From a virus, in IMG/VR virus record IMGVR_UViG_3300042309_002885, positions 1 through 64,000 of that record: a DNA stretch of 64,000 bases, one strand, 5' to 3'. Below, in pieces: positions 9,072-18,331 of this stretch. Each line of letters begins with the position of its first letter. Within the stretch, counting starts at the first letter, position 1. Position numbers and translations under genes: made by a program. A model generated the notes under the pieces. It was not told the origin of the DNA. It ran no database searches and worked only from the letters and a program-made list of their open reading frames with translations.

Positions 9072-9479
9072 ATGAGGTATTATACGTTCACATACTTTCC
9101 TAAAAGCATCTCTAACAATACTATATTCTCTCTGTCGCGTACTACTAATCGAATCTATCATTCTTATGGAGAAATAAAAAAGGATATGGATCAAGATCCT
9201 TACACTCACTACTATTCCTATTCTGATTGGTTTAATAATGAAGACTTAGAAAATCAAAGTATCAATTCTGTCCCTCTTATATCAGCTGAAACAGGTAAAG
9301 TTTATAATTATAAAATTGTTATAAGAGAAGATCACCCTGCATTTAACTTTGAAGAGTTTGTGTTTTATTTTAAGAGCTTGAAAGGTTCTACTTTTACTAC
9401 AGATAGAAAATTAGATTTAACTGCTAAATTAAAAGATAATGTTCTCAAAAGATTGCTTTTAGAAGTTGATGTTGTGTAG
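9072..9479 (+). CDS. MRY...PExHPLFN paralog family member 1
   Basis: MRYYTF...REDHPAFN; GACTAAATA at 9057. Confidence 0.8.
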   Translation: MRYYTFTYFPKSISNNTIFSLSRTTNRIYHSYGEIKKDMDQDPYTHYYSYSDWFNNEDLENQSINSVPLISAETGKVYNYKIVIREDHPAFNFEEFVFYFKSLKGSTFTTDRKLDLTAKLKDNVLKRLLLEVDVV

Positions 9480-9496
9480 TAGACTAAATATAAAGG

Positions 9497-9919
9497 ATGA
9501 GGTATTATACGTTCACATATCGTCCAAAAAGTATCTCTAATAGAACTATATTTTCTTTGTGGTATGATGAAAAGGTGTATCGTTCTTACGATGAAATAAA
9601 AGTAGATATGAATACAGATCTTGAAGAAGGACACTATAGTATCCCAGACCGTCTCTACTTTTCTGATTGGCTGAATAATGAAGACTTAGAAAATCAAAGT
9701 ATCAATTCTGCTGCTCTTAAATCATCAGAAAATAATAATATACTATCGTATAAAATTGTTATAAGAGAAGATCACCCTGCATTTAACTTTGAAGAGTTTG
9801 TGCTAAATTTTAAAAGCTTGAGAGATTCTAGTTTAACAGCAGATAGAGGATTAGAACTAGCTGGTGAGCTAAAAGATAATGTTCTCGAGCGATTGCTTTT
9901 AGAAGTTGATGTTGTGTAA
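9497..9919 (+). CDS. MRY...PExHPLFN paralog family member 2 (recent duplicate of member 1)
   Basis: MRYYTF...REDHPAFN; GACTAAATA at 9482. Confidence 0.8.
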   Translation: MRYYTFTYRPKSISNRTIFSLWYDEKVYRSYDEIKVDMNTDLEEGHYSIPDRLYFSDWLNNEDLENQSINSAALKSSENNNILSYKIVIREDHPAFNFEEFVLNFKSLRDSSLTADRGLELAGELKDNVLERLLLEVDVV

Positions 9920-9936
9920 TAGACTAAATATAGTAT

Positions 9937-10284
9937 ATGCGATATAGGGCAGTAGAAATAAAAAGATATCCTGACAGGTATGAGTATGGAGATATTACCG
10001 ATGATAATACTGCTTTAGATAGTATAGAGGAGTGGGATAACGATTATTGGCATTGGGAAAATTCTAAAGACCCTAATGTAAGATATTACGATGAAGAGCC
10101 TGGTGAATCATATGATGATGAGGATGAGGATGATAAATATGATATGAGAACTACGGCAATGATTCTAGAAACTAGTCCTATATTTAATTTGTTCCCTTTC
10201 GCTGAATGGCAATTACAATTTCCACCTGGATCAAAGACCTTTGAGTTAAGAGAGTTAATGCTTAAAAAAATAAAGGTAATATGA
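9937..10284 (+). CDS. MRY...PExHPLFN paralog family member 3 (divergent, acidic)
   Basis: MRYRAV...LETSPIFN; GACTAAATA at 9922. Confidence 0.7.
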   Translation: MRYRAVEIKRYPDRYEYGDITDDNTALDSIEEWDNDYWHWENSKDPNVRYYDEEPGESYDDEDEDDKYDMRTTAMILETSPIFNLFPFAEWQLQFPPGSKTFELRELMLKKIKVI

Positions 10285-10308
10285 TAGGAACTCTGTTATA
10301 ATCAGAGT

Positions 10309-10482
10309 ATGAACAAAACGAACCAAGGTTGGGAGGCACCACAAGCTAAGACAATTAAATCTGTTGATGTCTCTAGGGTTGTATACAAACTAGAGACAAA
10401 GAAAAATCCTTATCTTAGACCTCCTAGCTATCGCAAACAAAAGTCTGTCTCTCTTTTCGGAACTAACTCAGAATGTTACTAG
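10309..10482 (+). CDS. Small basic hypothetical protein
   Basis: Below track threshold; behind GGAAC motif 10287. Confidence 0.55.
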   Translation: MNKTNQGWEAPQAKTIKSVDVSRVVYKLETKKNPYLRPPSYRKQKSVSLFGTNSECY

Positions 10483-10483
10483 T

Positions 10484-10630
10484 ATGCCAACACTTCTTAC
10501 AAAATTATTTAATAACCGTAAAGCTAAAAAACCAATCTACGGGTGGTCTATATTTGCAATGGATGACAAGATTCAACTGACTAGGCGAGTAGCAGAAGAA
10601 CAAAGAAAGCAAGCATTACAGTTGCACTAA
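10484..10630 (+). CDS. Small hypothetical protein
   Basis: Below track threshold; MPTLLTKLFNNRK...QALQLH. Confidence 0.45.
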   Translation: MPTLLTKLFNNRKAKKPIYGWSIFAMDDKIQLTRRVAEEQRKQALQLH

Positions 10631-10654
10631 TACTAACACAAAATAATTATTTAA

Positions 10655-10951
10655 ATGGATACAACAATCACAATCTTCAAGGCCATCGCAGCTTTCTCGG
10701 TAATCTTCTCAGTGCTCTTCGTTGCGGTAAGGACATATGCTTGTTACATCCGTAAGTCAAAAAGATGCTCAGAGGGATGTGCATGCAAGGCTGTTAACGA
10801 TCAGATCACCGATAGCGTGACCGTTGAGAAGCCAAAGCGTAAGCAAGTGAAGAAGAGAGTAAAGGCTATCGAGGACGGTAAGCTAGTGTTCGAGAAGGTT
10901 AGTGAGCTTCCTGCTAAGAAGAAGCCAGGTCGTAAGAGGAAGGAACTCTGA
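10655..10951 (+). CDS. Membrane-anchored basic protein
   Basis: N-terminal TM, VNDQITDSVT segment, K/R-rich tail ending KEL inside the next promoter. Confidence 0.7.
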   Translation: MDTTITIFKAIAAFSVIFSVLFVAVRTYACYIRKSKRCSEGCACKAVNDQITDSVTVEKPKRKQVKKRVKAIEDGKLVFEKVSELPAKKKPGRKRKEL

Positions 10952-10963
10952 TATAATCATAGT

Positions 10964-11281
10964 ATGAATAGAATAGACTCTCTTAGAGAGATCATCGACC
11001 AACGCATGGCCGAGCTCATGCAAGAGATCGAGACTTTGCAAAAAGAAAATCAACGACTGCGTGAAGGCTTTCAAGGAGCGTGTTATGCATGCGAACCCGT
11101 AGCAGAACTCAATATAAAGCTCGTTGAAAGAGGACATGCACTCTATCGAGCACTTGCATACTTTACGGATAGTTTCTCTTCCTTTATGGATGAAGACGGC
11201 TTTTCACAGGAGAAGAAAGCAGTAGAAGATTGGAAGGAACTCTTTGATAATAATATACCCGAACAGAACTATGAAGATTAG
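10964..11281 (+). CDS. Small coiled-coil protein with CxxC
   Basis: Behind GGAAC motif 10942; ACYACEP. Confidence 0.65.
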   Translation: MNRIDSLREIIDQRMAELMQEIETLQKENQRLREGFQGACYACEPVAELNIKLVERGHALYRALAYFTDSFSSFMDEDGFSQEKKAVEDWKELFDNNIPEQNYED

Positions 11282-11660
11282 AATTGACAACATCGGAGCA
11301 AAGAGCCCTGTTTATATCGGTAAGCCTCCTGCTAATGCGCACCATATACTCGATATAGTACAATACTATCCGTGTAAGTATTATGGTAAGCTAGAAGAGT
11401 ATCTCAATGATGGCTGGGAAGATTGTGGTAATGGCGTCATAAGAAAGGATAACTATACTATAGGCAAATCTTGTTTTTCTAATGAAGAGGTATGCAATTC
11501 AATTGCTCAAATAGAATGGAATCCTAAAGAGGATTGTACTGAGCTCTCAACCATTGGCGAACGAGTGCTCAATCTCTCTAAGCGAGATCGCGATACTTTC
11601 TTTGAGGTTTATGAAATTGCAGCTAGGAAACTAGCTGAGACTTATAGTGATGAGGACTAA
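11271..11660 (+). CDS. Hypothetical protein
   Basis: MKIRIDN start overlapping the previous gene. Confidence 0.65.
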   Translation: MKIRIDNIGAKSPVYIGKPPANAHHILDIVQYYPCKYYGKLEEYLNDGWEDCGNGVIRKDNYTIGKSCFSNEEVCNSIAQIEWNPKEDCTELSTIGERVLNLSKRDRDTFFEVYEIAARKLAETYSDED

Positions 11661-11664
11661 AATT

Positions 11665-11925
11665 ATGGCAACGTATCGAATAATTAAAAGGAGGTTAGGA
11701 GTTGATAGCAAAGAGATCTATCATGTAGAGAGAAAGGTTCTCTGCTTCTGGTTTGACATACTTAATAACTCCTTTATATTTGGCATTGACGATGTTGCTA
11801 ATTATAAAAGTTGGTTTAATTCTAAAGAAGAAGCTTTGGCAATCATCGATAAGTTGATGCAGCCTAAGAAAAAGAGAAAAGAAGTTGTTTGGACAAACGA
11901 CCCTCAACCAAAAATGAACTATTAA
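11665..11925 (+). CDS. Hypothetical protein
   Basis: MATYRIIK...FNSKEEAL. Confidence 0.65.
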   Translation: MATYRIIKRRLGVDSKEIYHVERKVLCFWFDILNNSFIFGIDDVANYKSWFNSKEEALAIIDKLMQPKKKRKEVVWTNDPQPKMNY

Positions 11926-11928
11926 ATT

Positions 11929-12042
11929 ATGAGTACAGCTATAATCATTATGTGGATAGCAATAATAGTTTTAGCATCTCTGGCAACATTTGCAGTATGT
12001 TATATCATTTATAAAGCTAGTGATGAAGATTTTTGGTATTAA
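11929..12042 (+). CDS. Single-TM peptide
   Basis: Below track threshold; MSTAIIIMWIAIIVLASL...DEDFWY. Confidence 0.5.
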   Translation: MSTAIIIMWIAIIVLASLATFAVCYIIYKASDEDFWY

Positions 12043-12063
12043 GGAACTCTAATATAATAGGGT

Positions 12064-12252
12064 ATGACGAAAGTTAAAAACAACCGGGTTGTAAAGTATA
12101 TTGTGACTTGGACTTTTGAGTCAACCCGAAAAGAAGAAGAGTTTGAAGAACAAGATCTCGCTGAATCTTGGTACGAAACAAAACTAGAAACAGGTAAGAA
12201 TCCATCTCTGTATGTGACAGAACTTGTGGAAAGTACAAGGCAGCTGAAGTAA
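12064..12252 (+). CDS. Small hypothetical protein (paralog of 18092)
   Basis: Behind GGAAC motif 12043. Confidence 0.65.
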   Translation: MTKVKNNRVVKYIVTWTFESTRKEEEFEEQDLAESWYETKLETGKNPSLYVTELVESTRQLK

Positions 12253-12274
12253 GGAACTCTAATATAATAAACGT

Positions 12275-12754
12275 ATGGGACTTGACATGTATATATTTAA
12301 AGTTAAGAAGACTGCTCACTCCATTAAAGAGCTGAGCGATCTTAATCGCAATCCGCAACCTGGACAGCCAGAAGTTGCGGAGTTTGAACCATTGCAGCGC
12401 CCGTATGAAGATACGTGTCCTGATTATTACTCAATCTTCCAAGAGGTTGCATACTGGCGTAAGTTTAATGCACTGCATCAGTGGTTTGTTACAACTGTTC
12501 AGCTAGGTATTGATAAATGCGATCTTTATGAACTAGATAAAGATATTCTTTTTGAACTGTTAGAGATTCTTGAGGATGTTTACCATCTTAAGAATCCTAG
12601 TAAGCTGCCTCCCACACAAGGATTCTTTTGGGGATCAACTGAAGTAGACGACTACTATTGGGATAAAGTAGAGCGCAGTATTCAAACTATTTCTAAACTT
12701 ATCGACAACACTGATTGGAATAAAGAACGTCTCTTCTATCAATCATCTTGGTAA
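12275..12754 (+). CDS. Conserved phage hypothetical protein (MGLDMY type)
   Basis: MGLDMY...EVAYWRKFNALHQWF...GFFWGS...FYQSSW. Confidence 0.75.
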   Translation: MGLDMYIFKVKKTAHSIKELSDLNRNPQPGQPEVAEFEPLQRPYEDTCPDYYSIFQEVAYWRKFNALHQWFVTTVQLGIDKCDLYELDKDILFELLEILEDVYHLKNPSKLPPTQGFFWGSTEVDDYYWDKVERSIQTISKLIDNTDWNKERLFYQSSW

Positions 12755-12755
12755 T

Positions 12756-13055
12756 ATGAAACTAACACTAGAACAACTAACAAAGCTCCTTGAAGAATAT
12801 AAAGAGCTTAGCGATGCATGCGATGCAGCTAGAGCAGCTGGGTGTCTTGAAATTGAAGGGCGACTGCAAAATGCTATTTGGTCCTCAATAGAGACAGTCA
12901 TTAGCTTCTTTGATCCAGAAGGATGGATCATGTGGCACATTTTAGAGAATGAATATGGCGCTAAGGAGTATGAAGCTGGCTACGGTAGCAATATGAAGAA
13001 GATCAAAACTCCAGAAGATCTTCTCTGGCTTATGAATGTTCACACACAAGACTAA
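12756..13055 (+). CDS. Hypothetical protein
   Basis: In-operon ORF. Confidence 0.65.
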   Translation: MKLTLEQLTKLLEEYKELSDACDAARAAGCLEIEGRLQNAIWSSIETVISFFDPEGWIMWHILENEYGAKEYEAGYGSNMKKIKTPEDLLWLMNVHTQD

Positions 13056-13068
13056 ACAACACAAAAAT

Positions 13069-13314
13069 ATGGAAGTAAAATTTGATCGCGTAGAAGACGG
13101 TATGGTTCAATACAAATGTACCGATACAGATGGAAGGGTATATGGCGTAGCTGATACAATTCAGGAGGGAATGATTATGGAGACACTAGTCATTGATATG
13201 GATACATATGATGAGGTAGAAGATAGCGAGCTATTCAAACGCATTGTGACAGCGCGAGCGCTTTATCTTGCTGATAGCTATGAGGTTCTCGAAGCTATGA
13301 AGGAACTCTATTAA
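13069..13314 (+). CDS. Acidic hypothetical protein
   Basis: MEVKFD start; ends inside GGAAC motif 13302. Confidence 0.6.
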   Translation: MEVKFDRVEDGMVQYKCTDTDGRVYGVADTIQEGMIMETLVIDMDTYDEVEDSELFKRIVTARALYLADSYEVLEAMKELY

Positions 13315-13323
13315 AATAAAGCA

Positions 13324-13521
13324 ATGCTATATAACGTTATTGTTGTTATCTTACTAATCGTTCATACTGCTCTGTGTCTACTAGTTGGATTTTACAGCGG
13401 TGAAAAGCATACGCATCGCGAAGCATATGAGAATGGTCTTATGACTATCGAGCGTGTTGAAGACAAACGAAACTATCGCTGGATTGAGACACATAAACTT
13501 GGCTACGACTATGACGAATAA
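13324..13521 (+). CDS. Small membrane protein
   Basis: N-terminal TM; behind GGAAC motif 13302. Confidence 0.6.
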   Translation: MLYNVIVVILLIVHTALCLLVGFYSGEKHTHREAYENGLMTIERVEDKRNYRWIETHKLGYDYDE

Positions 13522-13522
13522 T

Positions 13523-13678
13523 ATGACACCATATGAGCGACGAGTAAGAGAATTGGAAGAGGAGGGCCTCACTACATCTGATGCACAATCAGTTGCTGAT
13601 GTGGAGTTTGAATTGCTTCCAGCATACGACGACTATCATAAAATTGTTGAACGAACTCTACCTCGTTGTGATTATTAG
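13523..13678 (+). CDS. Small acidic phage protein
   Basis: MTPYERRVRELEEEGLTTSDAQSVADVE. Confidence 0.6.
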   Translation: MTPYERRVRELEEEGLTTSDAQSVADVEFELLPAYDDYHKIVERTLPRCDY

Positions 13679-14073
13679 TAATCACTCTGATCTGGTTCTA
13701 GATATCTGAAGAGAGTAGGCACGTCTGTTATAATTTCAGAAGAATATTCTACAAGATCATGAGCTTGCTGTAGGTCCGCTGGTTGATTATAGAGCCAATT
13801 TTTAGCTGCTTTTTTATCTTCTGATACTATAGCACCTTTGAACTGGTTGTCTGCAAAGTTAACCAGAGCTGTATATTTATTATTTGTATATACAGTAAAC
13901 CCATTGCGATTAAACTGCCAGCTGTCTACTAACTTATAACCTCCGTTACTTAATTTTATATCAAGTTGATTGCCTATTCTATTTTGATTGAAGGTTTCAC
14001 TGTTTTTAGTTGGTTGTTGAACAGTTTCATAAGCTTCAGCTATTAAATTCTGATCTTTCTTAGGTAGTCTCAT
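13675..14073 (-). CDS. Late protein, candidate internal head protein
   Basis: Start MRLPKKDQNLIAEAYE at 14073, just after ATAAATA. Confidence 0.6.
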   Translation of the reverse strand: MRLPKKDQNLIAEAYETVQQPTKNSETFNQNRIGNQLDIKLSNGGYKLVDSWQFNRNGFTVYTNNKYTALVNFADNQFKGAIVSEDKKAAKNWLYNQPADLQQAHDLVEYSSEIITDVPTLFRYLEPDQSDY

Positions 14074-14126
14074 ATGTTTATTTATTCTCCAGCACATAAA
14101 AAGATGGAACTTTAATACAATAAGAT

Positions 14127-14549
14127 ATGTCAGCAATACTAGAAGAAGTCTTGGACGATATGCACGATATCGAATACAAGAAGCTCTGCAATCTCACAGA
14201 TGAGCTCATTGAGAGCGATAAGAAGCTTGTTGAGTTCTCTATCTTCAGAGATGTCAGCAGTAATATCGATAACTGGATTATCTCTGCACCAGATATTACC
14301 TCGACAAACCCAATCATTAACGGCGAGGTTGTGTTCTTTAGTGATTACTGGCGCCTGACCGACCATCTCAAACCACACAGTAGAGAGATTGTATCGCGCG
14401 TCTATACTAATCCAACCTGGAAAGATATTATCAACGCAGCAAACGAGATGGTTGAGAGTACTTGTCAGTGCTCGCTATTCCTTGAAGGTCTAGCACCGCG
14501 GGGTGTTGCTAACGGTATTAAGCGCATTGAGATTGAATTCGGTTCATAA
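14127..14549 (+). CDS. Hypothetical protein
   Basis: Behind GGAAC motif 14106. Confidence 0.7.
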   Translation: MSAILEEVLDDMHDIEYKKLCNLTDELIESDKKLVEFSIFRDVSSNIDNWIISAPDITSTNPIINGEVVFFSDYWRLTDHLKPHSREIVSRVYTNPTWKDIINAANEMVESTCQCSLFLEGLAPRGVANGIKRIEIEFGS

Positions 14550-14565
14550 TGACTAAATATATGTG

Positions 14566-15000
14566 GTGAGACGAAATAAAAAACATACTAAAATAAGATA
14601 TACCGGCTTATTTTTAGGTAACGATCACGAGGTTCAGAACATCTGGTCTCACGAGGAGCTAGATTATTATTCTAAAAACATCAACCCTCTAACTGAGGAA
14701 GATTTAGTAAGTGTTAGTGATGAAGGTCTTAGAGCATATAAGAATGTAAACAATTATAGTATAATGTATGTAAATGGTAAGAGAGAGCTTGGTCCTATTA
14801 TAACTATACCTGAACCGCATCCATTGTTTAATTGTCATTACATTTACAGCGAGGAAGAATTTGACTTTGGAAGAATGCAGGGCGTTACCAAAGATCACCC
14901 AATAAATGATGCTATTGAAGTAATTATGGATCAAGTTGGTCCGTTTTTTGATAGTATTGAATATGTAGATGTAACCAATAGATACACTGAAGAGCAATGA
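14566..15000 (+). CDS. MRY...PExHPLFN paralog family member 4
   Basis: GTG AGA start (MRRNKK)...IPEPHPLFN; GACTAAATA at 14551. Confidence 0.75.
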   Translation: MRRNKKHTKIRYTGLFLGNDHEVQNIWSHEELDYYSKNINPLTEEDLVSVSDEGLRAYKNVNNYSIMYVNGKRELGPIITIPEPHPLFNCHYIYSEEEFDFGRMQGVTKDHPINDAIEVIMDQVGPFFDSIEYVDVTNRYTEEQ

Positions 15001-15314
15001 GATACGCGCTAATAGATTTAAGAGGTACATCTATCGTTAATTGTTACAATCACAACGTTACAGTTGAGCATTTGACTAAGTGGGGAGGTAAAAAAATAAC
15101 GCTAGGCAACCGAACTGTAAGACCTATAAAACATGAGGACGGGGTAATAGAATATAAGTTCTCTGAAGCATCATACTCTTTCTTTTTGCCCGAAGCTCAT
15201 CCACTATATAACAGCGCAGTACTTTTTAACTCCTTTAATTTTCCTATAAACGGACAATCGCAACTAAAAGCTAAAAATGCTGTTGGCGATCATTTAAGAC
15301 AACTAAGACACTAG
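14997..15314 (+). CDS. MRY...PExHPLFN paralog family member 5
   Basis: MRYALI...LPEAHPLYN; ATGA overlap with the previous gene. Confidence 0.8.
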   Translation: MRYALIDLRGTSIVNCYNHNVTVEHLTKWGGKKITLGNRTVRPIKHEDGVIEYKFSEASYSFFLPEAHPLYNSAVLFNSFNFPINGQSQLKAKNAVGDHLRQLRH

Positions 15315-15362
15315 TTCTAGCGCTGAAGCTATATTATTTAAGTCGCAAGACTAAATATGTAA

Positions 15363-15635
15363 GTGAGATACAGGTTGCTTGATAAGTTTAATGAGTCTAT
15401 ATCCGCTAACAACGATATATACCCTGATGATTTTGTTGATGCTGCGGCAGAATTAAACGAATATAAAACATCTAGGGACTTGGTGAGGTTTATGAAGAGT
15501 GATACCATCACCTTTTATTTTGTACCAGAAACTCATCCGCTGTTTAATTATGGTTTAGACTTTGATATGAGTGATGAAGCACACGAACAACTTCAAAGGG
15601 TTATTGATAAACAACTAAAATTAATATCTAAATGA
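15363..15635 (+). CDS. MRY...PExHPLFN paralog family member 6
   Basis: MRYRLL...VPETHPLFN; GACTAAATA at 15349. Confidence 0.8.
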   Translation: MRYRLLDKFNESISANNDIYPDDFVDAAAELNEYKTSRDLVRFMKSDTITFYFVPETHPLFNYGLDFDMSDEAHEQLQRVIDKQLKLISK

Positions 15636-15952
15636 GATACACAAGTTTAGAAAAAATTAGTGGTACTACTGTAGCTAATAAGCAGCTGGTTACCTCGGAG
15701 TATTTCAAGAAAAAAGCCACAAAAGACAAGCACCCAACTCCAGCAGCTGATGGTATTATATACTATATGCCATATACTGATCTCGCTACTATTTACGTAC
15801 CTGAAACTCACCCTCTCTTCAATTATCCTATGCTGGTGTTTTCAGACGGGTATGCAAAGATTCACAGAGACAGAGTATATAAGGGTGGTACTACTCTAGG
15901 TAACGATATGATGGTTATGCTAAATAAATTTGGTGATAGTTTAACTGTATGA
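15632..15952 (+). CDS. MRY...PExHPLFN paralog family member 7
   Basis: MRYTSL...VPETHPLFN; ATGA overlap. Confidence 0.8.
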   Translation: MRYTSLEKISGTTVANKQLVTSEYFKKKATKDKHPTPAADGIIYYMPYTDLATIYVPETHPLFNYPMLVFSDGYAKIHRDRVYKGGTTLGNDMMVMLNKFGDSLTV

Positions 15953-16296
15953 GATATTCCGCTTTATATATAATTCCCGGTCGTGATGAGCGTAATGAGG
16001 ATAGATACGTTATTCACGATAGTGGAGGAATTTTACATAGAGCGGAAGATCTCACAAAAGGCTATGGCGCTGTAGTGAATAAGTTTATAGAGGATGATGA
16101 GGGGTTGAGGTTGTTTTATAGCACGAGGAATAACAGAAAATCAATCATCGTACCTGAACACCATCCATTGTTCAACTTAGGTCCATTAACACAGGATGGT
16201 TTTGAGGTCATTGGGGATTATATAAGGGATGATATAGATGAAATGCTGAGGATATATGTAGATAGGCTATTAGAGAAATTAAATAACATGGTATGA
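15949..16296 (+). CDS. MRY...PExHPLFN paralog family member 8
   Basis: MRYSAL...VPEHHPLFN; ATGA overlap. Confidence 0.8.
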   Translation: MRYSALYIIPGRDERNEDRYVIHDSGGILHRAEDLTKGYGAVVNKFIEDDEGLRLFYSTRNNRKSIIVPEHHPLFNLGPLTQDGFEVIGDYIRDDIDEMLRIYVDRLLEKLNNMV

Positions 16297-16649
16297 GGTA
16301 CTCTTATATACAAATAACTGGCACTTTGTATCAGCCATACTTCTATGTAAACGATGCGACTAATTCTGTTGTTGAATATATAAAAAGAGAATTTAAGAGT
16401 GTAGGTGTGGTAGAAGGTATTGAAATGTATCTTGAGAAAGAGTTTTCTAGAGCTGCTCTCGTTCCAGAGACACATCCGTTGTTTAATTGTAATGTAATAT
16501 ATAGTGTAAGCAAGTCATCTGATTTCTCGACAGAGGGTGTGGGCACGACAGAGCAATACAGCAATATGAATAGGATGATCGAGAGTGTGTATATATACAA
16601 GCTTGTAGATTTAGTAGAAACAGACCGCTCAAAGAATAAAAAGCCATGA
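16293..16649 (+). CDS. MRY...PExHPLFN paralog family member 9
   Basis: MRYSYI...VPETHPLFN; ATGA overlap. Confidence 0.8.
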   Translation: MRYSYIQITGTLYQPYFYVNDATNSVVEYIKREFKSVGVVEGIEMYLEKEFSRAALVPETHPLFNCNVIYSVSKSSDFSTEGVGTTEQYSNMNRMIESVYIYKLVDLVETDRSKNKKP

Positions 16650-16948
16650 GACAATCCGCAATACTAACATCATTTGCTATAAGCTCTGGCACTATAAGAG
16701 CTATGTCTAGTACAGAGTATAGAGAGAAAGATATACGGCTAGATATGAATAAAAGTAACTACAAGGGTAAGTTTGAGGATGGTACAGAGTTATATGCAGG
16801 TATAAATAGCTATTATTATATAGTACCTGAGTCAAGCCCTCTCTTTAATTTTTACTTAGTTCCTGAAAATTTGCAAAGTATAGAGAGAAAAAATTATCTT
16901 AATTTTCATAAGGACATTAGACAAATGGTAGTTGACATGACTACATAA
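16646..16948 (+). CDS. MRY...PExHPLFN paralog family member 10
   Basis: MRQSAI...VPESSPLFN; ATGA overlap. Confidence 0.75.
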   Translation: MRQSAILTSFAISSGTIRAMSSTEYREKDIRLDMNKSNYKGKFEDGTELYAGINSYYYIVPESSPLFNFYLVPENLQSIERKNYLNFHKDIRQMVVDMTT

Positions 16949-17010
16949 TAGTTTGTTGATGAAATAGTTTTTGTATCGCTCTAGTAAGGGAACTCTCATA
17001 CAATAAGCGT

Positions 17011-17265
17011 ATGAAAGAAAGAAAGCCTACTAAGAGAGATATTGCTAAGATTCTAGGTCGTCGCGTTGGTGGGTGGAATGACAAGCGCACCGATCATAAT
17101 CGTATTAAGCTTACTGATCAACTCTCGCACAATACTATGATGCGTCTAGATAGTGAACTACACTGCATGTTCGAAGACTATAACTTCTGTATAGGGGATG
17201 TTATCTGGAAGTCTCACTTTGGTGGTAAGCGAGTTGTTACCGCAATCAGATATTGGAAGAAGTAA
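17011..17265 (+). CDS. Small hypothetical protein
   Basis: Behind GGAAC motif 16989. Confidence 0.65.
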   Translation: MKERKPTKRDIAKILGRRVGGWNDKRTDHNRIKLTDQLSHNTMMRLDSELHCMFEDYNFCIGDVIWKSHFGGKRVVTAIRYWKK

Positions 17266-17293
17266 AGGAACACAGATAGAATAAATAACAAAA

Positions 17294-17566
17294 ATGAAAG
17301 CACAACCGATCAACGCAGACTACATCTTCTTCCTAGACGATCTTGAACTCTATCAACTCGATCCATACAAGCTTATAGGAGGTGCTGAGATGATCTCCAA
17401 GCTAAATGTAAAGACATGGACAAGAGTTAATGTCGCTACAGGAGAGGATGTCAATGAGCTTGTTAAGGCTAATGTTCCTGTTATGCAGAAAGGTAATTGG
17501 TTTGCAGTAGGAGGAAGCTTCCCTAAAGATCATGCCTATCCAGCTATCATTGGAACTAAGGTATAA
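17294..17566 (+). CDS. Small hypothetical protein
   Basis: Behind GGAAC motif 17267; ends inside motif 17552. Confidence 0.65.
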   Translation: MKAQPINADYIFFLDDLELYQLDPYKLIGGAEMISKLNVKTWTRVNVATGEDVNELVKANVPVMQKGNWFAVGGSFPKDHAYPAIIGTKV

Positions 17567-17572
17567 TGAGGC

Positions 17573-17719
17573 ATGAAGAAGATCAAACAACGAACCTTCG
17601 ATTACTCTCCGATTGCTCTTAGAGCTCTAACACGCCACAAGCTTGCTCCTCCTACGAAGTTCTTTACAGATAGGAAGAAGCAACAGTCTAAGGCCGCATG
17701 CAGACATAAGGAACACTGA
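17573..17719 (+). CDS. Small basic hypothetical protein
   Basis: Below track threshold; behind motif 17552; ends KEH-stop inside motif 17710. Confidence 0.55.
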   Translation: MKKIKQRTFDYSPIALRALTRHKLAPPTKFFTDRKKQQSKAACRHKEH

Positions 17720-17731
17720 TATAATAAACAT

Positions 17732-17908
17732 ATGGAAATCGACACCGTTGAACAAACTATTGAGAAGCTGATGACAACTATCAACAAGCTTACTGCAGTG
17801 ACGCATACAGCTATCGATCATATCGATTGCGATACAAAGAGCAAAGAGCGTATGGAGCTCCGTGACCAACTCCTCGATATTCTCAAGTATCATCACGCAC
17901 AGTACTAA
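17732..17908 (+). CDS. Small helical protein (shares both ends with 19446)
   Basis: Below track threshold; MEIDTVEQTIEKL...ELRDQLLDILKYHHAQY. Confidence 0.6.
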   Translation: MEIDTVEQTIEKLMTTINKLTAVTHTAIDHIDCDTKSKERMELRDQLLDILKYHHAQY

Positions 17909-17935
17909 ACTAAAGGAACATCAATACAATTAGGT

Positions 17936-18079
17936 ATGAAAGAGATGTTCATAGTGATTGTCGGAGAGGGAGATGAGAAGTTCAGCGTGTATTACGATGA
18001 CTATGGTAATGCCGCAGAGTGTGCTCTAAGTTATAGAGAGCAGGGACAAAAGGTAAGGGTTGAGACAAAGGAACACTGA
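17936..18079 (+). CDS. Small hypothetical protein
   Basis: Below track threshold; behind motif 17915; ends KEH-stop inside motif 18070. Confidence 0.55.
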   Translation: MKEMFIVIVGEGDEKFSVYYDDYGNAAECALSYREQGQKVRVETKEH

Positions 18080-18091
18080 TACAATAAGAGT

Positions 18092-18277
18092 ATGAAACAG
18101 GACATCGACACTACATTTACTGTTACCTGGAAGTCGGTAACGAAAAGAGACCGGAAGACAGTTATGTTCAGCAAGCAGAGTGATGCAGAGGAATTCTACA
18201 AATTGAAGAAAGATAAAGACAGATTTCCTGCTCTCTACATTACTGAAAAGATCACCTCTACACGCCTACTGAAATAA
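18092..18277 (+). CDS. Small hypothetical protein (paralog of 12064)
   Basis: VTW...AEEFY...PALYITE...STRLLK. Confidence 0.65.
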   Translation: MKQDIDTTFTVTWKSVTKRDRKTVMFSKQSDAEEFYKLKKDKDRFPALYITEKITSTRLLK

Positions 18278-18331
18278 AAGGAACACCAATATAATTAGGT
18301 ATGGATACCGAAAAAAGGACTCGAACGAACT

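Noticed and set aside
11236-11251. GGAACTCTTTGATAAT as a 40th promoter
   Set aside because: The hexamer lacks the first T (GATAAT), lies mid-gene and has no ATG at the usual offset; not counted.
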